A stretch of 64,000 nucleotides of DNA, taken from Candidatus Eiseniibacteriota bacterium. Its GTDB lineage: Bacteria > Eisenbacteria > RBG-16-71-46 > CAVPCR01. The translations under genes and the position numbers were made by a program. The notes beneath the pieces were generated by a model. It saw only the letters and a list, made by a program, of their open reading frames with translations, was not told the origin of the DNA and searched no databases. Location: assembly GCA_963702435.1 (NCBI GenBank), contig CAVPCR010000003.1, positions 352,001 to 416,000 on the forward strand, given 5' to 3'. Shown here piece by piece: positions 30,580-44,772 of the stretch; position 1 is the stretch's first letter; every line of letters starts with the position of its first letter.

Positions 30580-33027
30580 ATGACCTCGGAAAGAACAGGA
30601 CTCTCATCGTTGTCGGATCCCTGGCGCAATCGGGGTGCGCTCGTGCCGCTGGTCGCGGTCGCCCTGACCGCGCTCCTCGTGCGGCTCCTGTACCTCGCCG
30701 CGATCCGCCCGAGCCCGTTCTTCACGGCGCCGGTCGGCGTCGCCGGGAGCTACGTGGCCATGGCGGACGCGATCGCCGCCGGCGATCTGGCCGGCGGGAA
30801 CGCGGCCTACTGGCAACCGCCGCTCTACGGGTACGTGCTTGCCGCCTGGCGGGCGATCGCCGGGGGACCGCTGGCCATCCGCGCGGTCCAGTTTCTCCTC
30901 GGGACCGCGACCGTGCTCCTCGCGACCCGCCTCACCGCGCGTCTTCTCGGGCGCCGCGCGAGCCTCCTGGTCGGGTTTGCGGGCGCGGTCTATGGCCCCT
31001 TTCTCTTCTTCGAAGGCCGCCTCCTTCCGGCGAGCCTGGTCTCGTTCCTGAGCATCGCCGGGCTCGCCGCCCTCGAACGGGCGCGCGGGAGCGAGGCCAT
31101 CGCACCGCGCATCATGGCCGGGCTCTTCTTCGGCGCCGCCGCTCTCGCCCACCCGGAAGCCTTCTTCGTCGCCTTGGTCCTCGGCCTCGGACTCCTGTGG
31201 CTCGAGCGGACGGCGCCCGCGTACCCCAGGGGGGCACCACGGGGGATGGCGAGAGCAGGTGCTCCCGGTCGCCGTGGCGCAGGCGCCCGGGCGCTCGCCT
31301 TCCTCGGCGCGGCGCTCCTCGTGACCCTCCTCGCCACCGCCCGCAACTGGATCGTGGCGCGCGACCTGGTCTGGGTGAGCGCCGACGGCGGCCTTCGCTA
31401 CTTCCTCGGGAACAATGCGCGCTCGGACGAGACGCTCGCGATCCCTCCGGGGCGGACCTGGCTGGATCTCGTCGAGACTCCCCATCGCGAAGCCGGCCTC
31501 ACGCTTGCATCGGCTCGCTCACGTTACTTCTATGCCGCAGCCGGGCGTTTCATGCGCGAGCGGCCGCTCGCGTATGCCCGTCTCCTCGCCACGAAGGCCG
31601 CCCGCTTCCTGGCCGGCTACGAGACGACCCGGGGAGAAGACCTCTATGCCGCACGGGGCGAATCGCGGCTTCTCGCCGGGCTCGTCTGGCATGCCGGGCC
31701 GTTCGGTTTCCCGTTCGGCCTCGTGTCACCGCTCGCCGTGCTCGGGGCGGTCCTCTTCTGGCCTCGCCGGCGCGAGCTCGCCCTCGTCTACCTCTTCGCC
31801 GCCGCCTACGCGATCGCGACGATCGCCTTCTTCGTTACGGCGTCCTCGCGGCTGCCGGCGGTCCCTGCTCTTCTTGTCCTGGCCGCCGGAGCTGTGGACT
31901 GGATGCTCGCCCGCCGCCGGGTGCCGGGACTGACGCTGCGCTTCGGGGTCGCCGCCGGCGCGCTTCTCCTCCTGCTCAACCTGAATCCGGCGGTGCCCCG
32001 CGACATACCGACGAGCGAGAGCCATCGTCTGCGCGCCGCCGCCGAGTACGAGGGGAAGCGCTACGCCGCGGCGGTCCGGGCGCAGGCCCGCGCGATCGAG
32101 CTCGCCCCCGGGCGCGCCGAACTCCACTTCGACCAGGGCCTCTACCTGACCGCCGCCGGCGACACGGCAGGCGCGATCGCCGCCTACCGGCGCGCGATCG
32201 AGCTCGCCCCCGGATACGGCGAGCCGAAGGTGAACCTCGCCAATCTGCTGGTGCACGCCGGTGACTTCCGGAGCGCGGTCCGCCTCTACATCGAGGCCGC
32301 CGTCGGCGATCCCGATCTCCTCCCCGCGCACATGGCGGTGGGGAGCGCCTTCCTGCACTCGGGGCATCCCGATTCAGCTCTCGCCCGCTTCGAGCACGTG
32401 CTCGCCCGCGATCCCGCGCACGAGGAGGCCACGCTCGGCCGGATCGCGGCCCTCTCCGACCTCGGCCGCGGCGACGAGGCGGTCGCCGCCGGCCGCGCCG
32501 CCACCGCGACCTTCGGCGACACGCCGGCGATCCTCGCCGCGCGCGGGCGCGCGCTCAAGGTGGCCGGCCGCAACACCGAGGCCGTTGCCGCACTCAAGGC
32601 CGCACTCGCCGCCGGTCCGGAGCGCGCCGACACCTGGGTCACCCTCGGGCAGTGCTACCGCAATCTCGGACAGCTCGAGCAGGCGGAGGCGGCGCAGAAG
32701 CAGGCCATCGCGCTTGCCCCGACCCTCGTGGCGGCCCATGTCAACCTGGCCGATGTCTACGCGCGGCGCGGCTTCCTGGACCAGGCGATCGAAGCGCTCG
32801 AGCGCGCACTCGCCCTCGACCCGTTCAACGAGACGGCGATCTACAACATGGCGATCGTGCAGGCTCAACTCGGCGAGGAAGCCGTGGCGGCTGCGATGCT
32901 CGAGCGGCTCCTCGAGGTGAATCCGCGCCACGAGCCGGCCCGGCGCGCGCTCGCCCACCTGACGGGGCATCCGGCGCCAACCCCGCCGGCCGCCGGCGGC
33001 GGCTCAGCGCCCGCTCACTCGCGATAG
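30580..33027 (+). CDS. GT-C (ArnT/PMT-like) membrane glycosyltransferase fused to C-terminal TPR repeats
   Basis: YWQPPLYGY, multiple TM helices, 'GGLRYFLGNN', SSRLP, then about 8 TPR motifs (AYRRAIELAP, ALERALALDP). Confidence 0.75.
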   Translation: MTSERTGLSSLSDPWRNRGALVPLVAVALTALLVRLLYLAAIRPSPFFTAPVGVAGSYVAMADAIAAGDLAGGNAAYWQPPLYGYVLAAWRAIAGGPLAIRAVQFLLGTATVLLATRLTARLLGRRASLLVGFAGAVYGPFLFFEGRLLPASLVSFLSIAGLAALERARGSEAIAPRIMAGLFFGAAALAHPEAFFVALVLGLGLLWLERTAPAYPRGAPRGMARAGAPGRRGAGARALAFLGAALLVTLLATARNWIVARDLVWVSADGGLRYFLGNNARSDETLAIPPGRTWLDLVETPHREAGLTLASARSRYFYAAAGRFMRERPLAYARLLATKAARFLAGYETTRGEDLYAARGESRLLAGLVWHAGPFGFPFGLVSPLAVLGAVLFWPRRRELALVYLFAAAYAIATIAFFVTASSRLPAVPALLVLAAGAVDWMLARRRVPGLTLRFGVAAGALLLLLNLNPAVPRDIPTSESHRLRAAAEYEGKRYAAAVRAQARAIELAPGRAELHFDQGLYLTAAGDTAGAIAAYRRAIELAPGYGEPKVNLANLLVHAGDFRSAVRLYIEAAVGDPDLLPAHMAVGSAFLHSGHPDSALARFEHVLARDPAHEEATLGRIAALSDLGRGDEAVAAGRAATATFGDTPAILAARGRALKVAGRNTEAVAALKAALAAGPERADTWVTLGQCYRNLGQLEQAEAAQKQAIALAPTLVAAHVNLADVYARRGFLDQAIEALERALALDPFNETAIYNMAIVQAQLGEEAVAAAMLERLLEVNPRHEPARRALAHLTGHPAPTPPAAGGGSAPAHSR

Positions 33028-34043
33028 CGCTCGGGGATCGTGCACGTATAGACGTTGCCGTCGAGGATGAGCAGCATCCACTCGCCCTGGGGATGCCAGC
33101 GCAGGCCGGTCATCTGCGAGCCCGGCACGGCGGCCAGGATGCGCACGACGTTCTCCGGCTCGCTTGCGGGCTCGGTGATGAAGATGGCGTCGCGCAGGCC
33201 CGTGTCGCGGAGGCGCGAGCGGTACGCGAGATAGCGGCCGCTCGGCGACCAGGTCGGGAAGTCGTCGTCGGTGCCGTCGGCGTTCGAGAGCCCTCCCGGC
33301 AGCTCATCCGGCATCGATACGACGTCGGCGATGCGGTCGGGCGCGTTTCGCGGCAGGACGAAGATCCGGCGGCCCCGTGCTCCATCCACCGCCGAGTAGG
33401 CGATCTGCGTCCCGTCGGGCGAGAAGCGGGGATGCGCCGCGCCGGCGAGCCCGTCGCGCTCGACCCGGCTGTCCCCGGCGACCGGGTTCAGCATGCGGAG
33501 GGCATCGCGCCCCGTCTCGACATGGACCACCGCACCGCCGTCGGGGGCCCACGCCGGCTCGTAGCCGGTGACCCACGCCCGGGGTTCCGTCCCCGGCGAG
33601 AACACGTAAACCCAGTTCGCGTTCTCGCCGGCCAGCCGGCCGTCGAAAGCGACCTGCCCCCCCCGCGGCGACCAGTCCAGGTTGAAGATCGCGAGGCGGG
33701 CCTGGGCGAAGATCATGGACACCGGCGGAAAGCAGCGCAGGTCCTGGCACCCGGTGGTCACGCCGCCCGTGTAGAGGTAGTGCGAGGCGACATCGGTGGG
33801 CGCGCGCAACGCCACCGTGATGAAGGCGAACCGCGTCGGGCCGGCGGTCGTTTCGAGCCAGCTCACCGAGTTGGTCTCGAAGTCGTTGTCGCCTTCCGTG
33901 ATCACGAAGCCGGGCTCGGGCCCGAGATCGGGGTCCGGCGACTTGGTCGGAGCGGTGCACCCGGCGACGGCGAAGGACGCCGCCGTGCCGAGGAGAGCGA
34001 GCGCTCGCCCGCGCGCGCGGTGTTTCGGCGGTGCGGTCATCAT
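33015..34043 (-). CDS. Lipoprotein with TolB/PD40-like beta-propeller
   Basis: Lipobox AVAGC; WSPRGG, PAWAPDG, PRFSPDG, PTWSPSG repeats. Confidence 0.8.
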   Translation of the reverse strand: MMTAPPKHRARGRALALLGTAASFAVAGCTAPTKSPDPDLGPEPGFVITEGDNDFETNSVSWLETTAGPTRFAFITVALRAPTDVASHYLYTGGVTTGCQDLRCFPPVSMIFAQARLAIFNLDWSPRGGQVAFDGRLAGENANWVYVFSPGTEPRAWVTGYEPAWAPDGGAVVHVETGRDALRMLNPVAGDSRVERDGLAGAAHPRFSPDGTQIAYSAVDGARGRRIFVLPRNAPDRIADVVSMPDELPGGLSNADGTDDDFPTWSPSGRYLAYRSRLRDTGLRDAIFITEPASEPENVVRILAAVPGSQMTGLRWHPQGEWMLLILDGNVYTCTIPERYRE

Positions 34044-34092
34044 CTCGCTGCCTCCGGCCCCGCCAGCTGCCGGCGGCGCCGCCTCCTCCCGG

Positions 34093-35139
34093 CTAGTAAC
34101 TCCGGAACGGCTCGGGCATCGGATAGGCGTACACATTTCCATCGATGACCACGAGCAGGTACTCCCCGCGCCAGCGGAGCCCCGTCATCTCGCGGCCGGG
34201 ATCGATGGCGACCACGCGCACCGGATTCTCGGGCTCCTGGTGCGGATTGGTGACGAAGACGGCGTGGCGGATCGTGTTCTCGCGGATCTTGCTGCGATAG
34301 GCCAGGTACCGACCGCCCGGGGACCACACGGGGTAATCGTCATCGCTGCCGTCTCCGCCCTGCCCGCCCGGGAGCACGTCGGGATGCGACGCGATGTCCG
34401 CGAGGAGCGTCGGGTCGCTGCGGTCGTGCACGAAGATCCGCTGCCCGCGCTGGCCGTCCTGCGCCGAGTAGGCGATGAAGGCGCCGTCCGGCGAGACGGC
34501 CGGATGCGCGACCCCCGTCATTCCCGAGCGTTCGACGAACCCGCCGCCGCTCGACGGATTGAGCGAGCGGATCCCGTCCCGCCCGTTCTCGACGTAGATG
34601 ACGAGCCCCGCGTTCGGAGTGAAGACCGGCTCGTATCCGGTCACCCAGCGGCGCGCCGTGCCGCCGGGCGCGAGCGTGTAGATCCAGGTGGCGTCGCGCG
34701 CCCGGTTCCCCTGGAACGCGGCGAAGGATCCGCGCGGCGACCAGGTCACCTCGGAGATCGAGAGCCCCGGCTCGACGAAGACCTGCTGGGATTGGGGAAA
34801 GCAATCGTCGTCATTGCAGCGCGTCGTGAAGCTCGCGCTGTAGAGATAGTGCGACGGCCCGTCGGTCGGGGCGCCCCGGGCCACCGCGATGAAGGCGAAG
34901 CGGCCGAGCCCGCTCGTCGAATCCTCCCAGCTCACCGAGTTGGTGTCCCACTCGTCGTCCCCCTCGACGAGGAGGAAACCGTTCTCGGCATCCGGATCGG
35001 GCGCGGAGGGGTTATCACCGGAGCCGCACCCGGCGGCGACCAGGACACCGAGGATGATCGGCGCCAGGAAGTGGCGGCGTGGGCGGCGGGAAGGAGCGGC
35101 CCCGGGCCGCGGCGAATCGAGCGTCCGTTCCATGTCCAT
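34093..35139 (-). CDS. Lipoprotein with TolB/PD40-like beta-propeller (tandem paralog)
   Basis: Lipobox VAAGC; collinear with the downstream gene (EGDDEWDTNSVSW vs EGDNDFETNSVSW; DDDYPVWSPGGRYLAYRS). Confidence 0.8.
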   Translation of the reverse strand: MDMERTLDSPRPGAAPSRRPRRHFLAPIILGVLVAAGCGSGDNPSAPDPDAENGFLLVEGDDEWDTNSVSWEDSTSGLGRFAFIAVARGAPTDGPSHYLYSASFTTRCNDDDCFPQSQQVFVEPGLSISEVTWSPRGSFAAFQGNRARDATWIYTLAPGGTARRWVTGYEPVFTPNAGLVIYVENGRDGIRSLNPSSGGGFVERSGMTGVAHPAVSPDGAFIAYSAQDGQRGQRIFVHDRSDPTLLADIASHPDVLPGGQGGDGSDDDYPVWSPGGRYLAYRSKIRENTIRHAVFVTNPHQEPENPVRVVAIDPGREMTGLRWRGEYLLVVIDGNVYAYPMPEPFRSY

Positions 35140-35360
35140 CAGAGCGTAGAACCCTCCACGGCAGGTGAGCCGCCGGAACCGGCCGGCGGCGATCGCTAAC
35201 CCGGCGCCATCGCGGCGGGCGCCAGCCGGCGCCCCGGCGGGGCCGCCGCCGGCGGACTCCCCCCTGCTTCCTACCATGCGAATACGGAAAACGTTGCGCC
35301 TGATCGACGGGGCCACCCTCGGCGGGACCACCCTCGGCGGGGCTCCGCCTGCGGCGGGCC

Positions 35361-38300
35361 TCACATGGCGCGCCGGTACTCCCCGCCGACCTCGTAGAGG
35401 GCATGGGTGATCTGACCGAGCGAGGCCACGCGCACCGTCTGCATGAGCTCGGCGAAGACATTCCCGCGCGCCGCCGCCACCGTCCGGAGGCGCTCGAGCG
35501 CAGCCGGCGCCGCCGCGGCGTGCGCCGCCTGGAAGGCGCGGAGGCGGGAGATCTGTCCGTCCTTCTCCTCGGTGGTCGCCCGGGTCAGGGCCGGCACGGA
35601 GAGCTCGCCGCGGAGCGCCGGATCCTGGTGCACGAACGTGTTCACGCCGACGATCGGGAGCTCTCCGGAGTGCTTCCGCTGCTCGTAGAGGAGCGACTCC
35701 TCCTGGATCTTCGAGCGCTGGTACTGGGTCTCCATGGCGCCGAGCACGCCGCCCCGCTCGTTCAACCGCTCGAACTCGGCGAGCACCGCCTCCTCGACCA
35801 GATCGGTGAGCTCCTCGAGGATGTAACTGCCCTGGTTCGGGTTCTCGTTCTTGGCGATCCCGAACTCGCGGGCGATGATCATCTGGATCGCCATCGCCCG
35901 TCGCACCGAGTCCTCGGTCGGGGTGGTGACCGCCTCGTCGTAGGCGTTCGTGTGCAGCGAGTTGCAGCTGTCCTGATAGGCGATGAGCGCCTGGAGCGTG
36001 GTCCGGATGTCGTTGAACTGCACTTCCTGCGCGTGTAGCGAGCGCCCGCTCGTCTGGATGTGGTACTTGAGCTGCTGGCCGCGGGCCCCGGCGCCGTAGC
36101 GCTCGTGCATCGCCACCGCCCAGATCCGCCGCGCCACCCGCCCGAGCACCGTGTACTCGGCGTCGAGCCCGTTCGAGAAGAAGAAGGACAGGTTCGGGGC
36201 GAAGTCGTCGATCTTCATCCCGCGCGCCAGGAAGTACTCGACGTAGGTGAATCCGTTGGCGAGGGTCAGCGCGAGCTGGGTGATCGGATTGGCGCCGGCC
36301 TCCGCGATGTGATAGCCGGAGATCGAGATCGAGTAGTAGTTGCGGACCCCGTTCTCGACGAAGAACCGCTGCACGTCGCCCATCATCTTGAGGGCGAACT
36401 CGATCGAGAAGATGCAGGTGTTCTGCGCCTGGTCCTCCTTGAGGATGTCGGCCTGCACGGTTCCCCGCACGTTCTTGAGCGTGTGGGTGACGATCCGCTC
36501 GCGCTCGGACTCGTCCGGCTCCCGCCCCGACTCGCCGCGGAATCGCTCGACCTGCTGCTCGATGGCCGTGTTGAAGAAGAACGCAAGCATCATCGGCGCC
36601 GGCCCGTTGATCGTCATCGACACCGAGGTGTTGGGGTCGAGGAGATCGAACCCGGCATAGAGCGCCTTCATGTCCTCGAGCGTGGCGATCGAGACTCCGC
36701 TCTCGCCGATCTTCCCGTAGATGTCCGGACGCTCGTGCGGGTCCTGGCCGTAGAGGGTCACCGAGTCGAAGGCGGTCGACAGCCGCCGCGCCTTGTGCCC
36801 GCGGCAGAGGTAGTGGAAGCGCCGGTTGGTGCGCTCCGGCGACCCCTCCCCCGCGAACATGCGGATCGGGTCCTCGTCCTGCCGGCGGAAGGGGAATGCC
36901 CCGGCGGTGAACGGGAAGTGCCCGGGCAGGTTCTCGCGGAGGAGGAAGCGGACGATCGCGCCGTCGTCGCCGCCGCGCGGGAGGGCGACCTTGGGGATCG
37001 GCGTGCCGGCGAGGCTGCGCGCCCTGAGCGGCGTGTGCACCTCCCGGTCCCGGACCCGATACACGAACTCCTCGCCGCCGTACTCGGCCTCGATCTCGGG
37101 CCACGCCTCGAGGAGCACGCGCGCGCGCTCCTCGAGCTCGACGCTCGCCGCCGCGCCGAGCTCGGCGAGGCGGGCCGCGCCGGCCTCGTCACCGTGCGCG
37201 CGGAGGACCTCCGCCGCGGTCGCGAGCGCCTGCCGCCGCCGCGCGATCGCGACCTGTCGCTCGACCCGCTGGTGATACGCGCGGACGGTGGCCGCGATCT
37301 CCCCCAGGTAGCGGCTCCGCTCGGGCGGCACCACCGCGTGCTTCCAGTCGGCGTCGAAGCGCGGCGTCCACAGGGCGCCCGGCGCGAGGCCCGGGAATCC
37401 GCGCCCGGCGAGCCGGGCGAGGAGCGCCCCATAGAGCGCGTTGACCCCCGGATCGTGGAAGTGGCTCGCGATCGTCGGGTAGACCGGGAGCTCCTCGTCC
37501 CGCGGCGTCGCGCCGCCGAGACCGTGTGCCCGGCGGTACTGCTTGCGCACGTCGCGGAGCGCGTCGTCGCTCCCCCGTCGCTCGAACTTGTTGATCACGA
37601 TCATGTCGGCGAGGTCGATCATGTCGATCTTCTCGAGCTGGGTGGGCGCCCCGAACTCCGAGGTCATCACGTAGAGCGAGAGGGTCGCGATGTCGACGAT
37701 CGCCGCGTCCCCCTGCCCGATCCCCGAGGTCTCGACCACGATCAGATCGTAGCCGGCGCCGCGCGCCACCTGGAGGGCATCGGCGACCGCGGTCGAGAGC
37801 TCGGTGCCGGAGCCGCGCGTGGCGAAGCTCCGCATGTAGACCCGCGGCGTGCGCAGCGCGTTCATGCGGATGCGATCGCCGAGGAGCGCCCCGCCCGACT
37901 TCCGCTTCGAAGGATCGACGGCGAAGACGGCGACCGTCTGCTCCGGGAAGTCGATCAGGAAACGGCGGATGAGCTCGTCGGTGAGCGAGCTCTTGCCGGC
38001 CCCGCCGGTGCCGGTGATGCCGACGACCGGCACCCCGCGATCGAGGGGCGCGGCGAAGCGGAGCCCGGCGAGCGCCTCGTGCCCGTTCGCGCCGCTCCGG
38101 CCCGCCGCTCCGGTCGCGGCCATGGCGGGCATCCCCATCTCGACGCGGGTGATCGCCCGCGCCACGAGGGGCGGCGCCTGCCAGCCGATGGTGGCGCCGT
38201 CAAGCGGAGCGCGCTCCAGGGTGGAGAAATCCGCGTGCTCGAGCAGATAGTTGATCATGCCCTGGAGGCCCATCCGGCGGCCATCCTCGGGGCTGAAGAT

Positions 38301-38660
38301 CTTGACGACGCCGTAAGACTCGAGTTCCCGGATCTCGTCCGGGACGATGACGCCCCCGCCGCCGCCGAAGACGCGAATGTGCGGCGCGCCCTTGGCCTTG
38401 AGCAGATCGCAGACGTACTTGAAGAACTCGAGGTGCCCGCCCTGGTAGCTCGTGATGGCGATGCCCTGGGCGTCCTCCTGGATCGCGGCGTCCACGATCT
38501 CCTCGGCGGAGCGATTGTGCCCGAGGTGGATGACCTCGGCGCCGGACGCCTGGATCAGCCGGCGCATGACGTTGATGGCGGCGTCGTGGCCGTCGAAGAG
38601 GGCGGCGGCCGAGACGATGCGGATCTTGTGCTGCGGGCGATAGGCTTCGATTGCGCTCAT
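35361..38660 (-). CDS. icmF: Fused isobutyryl-CoA mutase / MeaB-type GTPase (AdoCbl-dependent)
   Basis: N-terminal B12-binding [18 protein letters not shown] GTPase, mutase domain RMFAGEG (Phe specificity residue), [16 protein letters not shown]. Confidence 0.95.
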   Translation of the reverse strand: MSAIEAYRPQHKIRIVSAAALFDGHDAAINVMRRLIQASGAEVIHLGHNRSAEEIVDAAIQEDAQGIAITSYQGGHLEFFKYVCDLLKAKGAPHIRVFGGGGGVIVPDEIRELESYGVVKIFSPEDGRRMGLQGMINYLLEHADFSTLERAPLDGATIGWQAPPLVARAITRVEMGMPAMAATGAAGRSGANGHEALAGLRFAAPLDRGVPVVGITGTGGAGKSSLTDELIRRFLIDFPEQTVAVFAVDPSKRKSGGALLGDRIRMNALRTPRVYMRSFATRGSGTELSTAVADALQVARGAGYDLIVVETSGIGQGDAAIVDIATLSLYVMTSEFGAPTQLEKIDMIDLADMIVINKFERRGSDDALRDVRKQYRRAHGLGGATPRDEELPVYPTIASHFHDPGVNALYGALLARLAGRGFPGLAPGALWTPRFDADWKHAVVPPERSRYLGEIAATVRAYHQRVERQVAIARRRQALATAAEVLRAHGDEAGAARLAELGAAASVELEERARVLLEAWPEIEAEYGGEEFVYRVRDREVHTPLRARSLAGTPIPKVALPRGGDDGAIVRFLLRENLPGHFPFTAGAFPFRRQDEDPIRMFAGEGSPERTNRRFHYLCRGHKARRLSTAFDSVTLYGQDPHERPDIYGKIGESGVSIATLEDMKALYAGFDLLDPNTSVSMTINGPAPMMLAFFFNTAIEQQVERFRGESGREPDESERERIVTHTLKNVRGTVQADILKEDQAQNTCIFSIEFALKMMGDVQRFFVENGVRNYYSISISGYHIAEAGANPITQLALTLANGFTYVEYFLARGMKIDDFAPNLSFFFSNGLDAEYTVLGRVARRIWAVAMHERYGAGARGQQLKYHIQTSGRSLHAQEVQFNDIRTTLQALIAYQDSCNSLHTNAYDEAVTTPTEDSVRRAMAIQMIIAREFGIAKNENPNQGSYILEELTDLVEEAVLAEFERLNERGGVLGAMETQYQRSKIQEESLLYEQRKHSGELPIVGVNTFVHQDPALRGELSVPALTRATTEEKDGQISRLRAFQAAHAAAAPAALERLRTVAAARGNVFAELMQTVRVASLGQITHALYEVGGEYRRAM

Positions 38661-38872
38661 CGTGTCTCGCGGTCTCTCGTCTCGCCGTGGCTCGCGGCAG
38701 GATGGCCGGACGAGGCTCCCCGCCGCCGCGGCGCCGGCACCGGGGCCTCACGAGCGCCGCCATGATATCCCGAGCGGCGCCGGGCGGGGGCGCGGAACGG
38801 GTCGCGCGGCGGGCCCCGCCGTCGCCCGCCTCTCTGCCCAAACTTTGTACACGGCTCTGCTTAACTTTTCCT

Positions 38873-38927
38873 TTGACGACCCCCAACATATGGGGCTATA
38901 CCTTCCGGCACCCTCTAGATATGGACT
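38873..38927 (+). promoter_or_regulatory. nrdJ promoter with tandem NrdR boxes
   Basis: TTGACG(38873)-18 nt-TATACC. NrdR-like boxes ccccAAcATATGGggc (38881-96) and cctCTAgATATGGact (38912-27), 31 bp apart. Confidence 0.75.
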
Positions 38928-39231
38928 CCACAGACGTATAGTGCAGTCCGGCAGACCCGAGCACGATGGACCCGCAGTCGCCGTCCTCGGGCCTGCCCTG
39001 AGGGGTGGCGGCGGTCCGGAGGCTCTCTCTCCCCCACTCGCCCCACGGTGCCCCACCGGGCGGTTGGGTCAACTTGCTGATCTCCCCTGGTCCAGCCGAA
39101 GGCTCCCGGAGGCCGCCACGCAGCTCGATCCTGACCACCGGTCGTTCTCATTTGCAGTTCGGGAGCGATTCACCATCTCTCGCACTCGGGCCCCCGCCCC
39201 CGTGGGGCCACCGGAGGGTGTCGCCGTGAGC

Positions 39232-42620
<3,389 letters not shown>

Positions 42621-42905
42621 CGGCGGGCCTGTCTCGCCCGATCCGAGCGAGGCCCGGAGCGGCAGCCGCTGCTCCGGGCCTTCTCGCTGCCCGGAACCGC
42701 CCGGCCCGAGCGCCCGCCCCGCCACCGCCGGCGCCGGGGCGTCCACTCCCCGGGCCCGGTCCCCCGGCGCGTCGGGCCCCGCACCTCTCCGGCCGGACGC
42801 CCCCGGCTCCGGGCCCGAGCGGCCGCACCCATCAACAGAAGAACCGGGAGCGGGCGCCGCGGTTCGCGCTCGCCGCGGACGCCGACCGTGTTATGCTGCA
42901 GGCCA

Positions 42906-43946
42906 ATGGCTCGCCCGACGCGACGATACGGACCCCGCCGGCCGGGGGCGCTCAGGGAAGCGGCAGAGTTCGGGGAGGCAGCCTACCTCGTCGATGCCAA
43001 CAACTACATCTTCCGCGCTTTCCATGGCATTCCCGCCTTCGCGACCGACGCCGGACGTCCCACCAACGCCACCTACGGCTTCATCCGCACCCTGCTCATG
43101 CTCGCCCGCGAGCGGCACCCGACCTGGGCGGCCGCCGTCTTCGACGGCGGGGTGAGCTTCCGCAGCGAGCTCCTTCCGACCTACAAGCAGAACCGGGTCG
43201 AGCCGCCGGCCGAGCTCGCCCTCCAGTTCGCCGACTGCCGGCGAGCGGCCCAGGCCATCGGGTTCCCCTGCCTCGAGGCGGCCGGCTACGAGGCGGACGA
43301 CCTGATGGGCACGCTCGCCATCCGCCTCCGCGATCAGGGGAACCGGGTGGTGCTTGTGAGCGGGGATAAGGACCTCGCCCAGCTCGTCGGTGAGGGCATC
43401 ACCCTCTACGACGTGGCGCGGGACGAGGAGTTCTCGGTCGAGAAGGTGGTCGAGCGCTTCGGGGTGCGCCCCCAGCAGATCCCGGATCTCCTCGCCCTGT
43501 CGGGCGACGCGATCGACAACATCCCCGGCATCCACGGGATCGGCGAGAAAACGGCGGTCGTGCTGCTCAAGGCCTTCGGATCGCTGGAGGCGATTCTCGA
43601 TCGCCCCGAGCGGATCGAGAGCCTGGCGCTCCGCAACGCGCGCGGGATCAAGGAGAAGATCGTGGCCGCGCGCGATGGGGCTCGCCTCGCCCGCGAGCTC
43701 GCGTCGATCGCGCGGGACGTGCCTTTCCACCTGGATCTCGAGGCCCTGCGCTACCGCGGAGCGCACCGCGATCAGGTCGAGGCGCTCTTCGCAGAGCTCC
43801 ACTTCGGCGCCCGCATTCGCGGCGAGATTCCGAGCTGGGCCGACGAACAGGGCCCCCTCTTCGCCGGGATGGAGGACGAGACCGAGGAAGGAGAGGAGCG
43901 CGAGTCCGGACCGCGGGACGCCGGGCCTCAGAAGAGCCTCTTCTGA
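42906..43946 (+). CDS. Stand-alone 5'-3' exonuclease / flap endonuclease (PolA N-terminal-like)
   Basis: LVDANNYIFRAFH, PTNATYGF, YKQNR, EADDLMGT, SGDKDL, GDAIDNIPGIHGIGEKTA; no polymerase domain. Confidence 0.9.
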   Translation: MARPTRRYGPRRPGALREAAEFGEAAYLVDANNYIFRAFHGIPAFATDAGRPTNATYGFIRTLLMLARERHPTWAAAVFDGGVSFRSELLPTYKQNRVEPPAELALQFADCRRAAQAIGFPCLEAAGYEADDLMGTLAIRLRDQGNRVVLVSGDKDLAQLVGEGITLYDVARDEEFSVEKVVERFGVRPQQIPDLLALSGDAIDNIPGIHGIGEKTAVVLLKAFGSLEAILDRPERIESLALRNARGIKEKIVAARDGARLARELASIARDVPFHLDLEALRYRGAHRDQVEALFAELHFGARIRGEIPSWADEQGPLFAGMEDETEEGEERESGPRDAGPQKSLF

Positions 43947-44491
43947 TGCGACCGGCGCCCTCGCCCGGCGACCCGCAAGAGCCTCTCGGCGGAGAATCAG
44001 CCCAGGTCCCGCGCCGGATCCTCTTCGTCTGCCTCGGGAACCTGATCCGCAGTCCCCTGGCGGCCACCCTCGCCCGGGATCTCCTCGTGGCCCGCGGACT
44101 CGGACATCGCTTCCAGATCCGCTCGGCCGGAGTCATCGCTCAAGGTGGGCACGTCGCCCCCGGCGCAGCGATCCGGACGGGGGCTCGGCACGGCCTGGAC
44201 CTCCGCCCGCATCTCTCGGCCCCGCTCTCCCGCGAGCTGATCCTCGCCTCGAATCTCGTGGTCGCCGTTGATCGGATGGTGGCCGAGAGCATTCTCGAAC
44301 TCGTTCCCGATCTCGGGCCGCGCCTTCGCCTCCTGACCCAGTTCGCCCCGCGCCTCGGCGTTTTCGACGTGCCCGATCCCATCGGCCGGCCGGATGAGGT
44401 CTATGAAGAGGCCTACAGGCGCATCGAGGCCGGCGTGACCGGCCTCGTCGAGGCTCTGACCCGGGAGGCGGACACCGGGGGATCCCGGTAG
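43946..44491 (+). CDS. Low-molecular-weight protein tyrosine/arginine phosphatase family
   Basis: ILFVCLGNLIRSPLA P-loop, SAG, DVPDPIG. Confidence 0.85.
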   Translation: MRPAPSPGDPQEPLGGESAQVPRRILFVCLGNLIRSPLAATLARDLLVARGLGHRFQIRSAGVIAQGGHVAPGAAIRTGARHGLDLRPHLSAPLSRELILASNLVVAVDRMVAESILELVPDLGPRLRLLTQFAPRLGVFDVPDPIGRPDEVYEEAYRRIEAGVTGLVEALTREADTGGSR

Positions 44492-44636
44492 CCGGCGGGG
44501 AGCCGACTCGCGACCCGCATCGCCCCCACGGGCCCACGCCACCCCCCTTCCACCAGGGCGGAAGCAGCTCCCGGTCCTGGCTCCCGGCCGGATGCCCCTG
44601 AACATCTCTGGACTGTCTCCAACCCCTTGATTTTCA

Positions 44637-44665
44637 TTGACTTTCGCGCCTCATCGTGTTAGTGT
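44637..44665 (+). promoter_or_regulatory. Sigma70-type promoter
   Basis: TTGACT-17 nt-TAGTGT. Confidence 0.65.
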
Positions 44666-44677
44666 CTCTGTATCAGT

Positions 44678-44772
44678 GAGGCAAATCCTCCCGAGGGAGG
44701 AGATGGCCGGTGGCGGCGCAGACCAGGTGACGCCACTAGCGCAAGCATCGTGCGTCGGCCCCCTGGTGCCTC
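44678..44772 (+). promoter_or_regulatory. Structured 5' leader, c-di-GMP-I (GEMM)-like riboswitch candidate
   Basis: GAGGCA/TGCCTC closing stem, GGCAAA, hairpin TCCTCC-CGAG-GGAGGA, GGCGCAGA, and a CCAGG/CCTGG stem. Confidence 0.45.

Noticed and set aside
38661..39231. Cobalamin riboswitch between icmF and nrdJ
   Set aside because: No recognisable GGGAA..GCCACTG B12-box elements found by eye on either strand.
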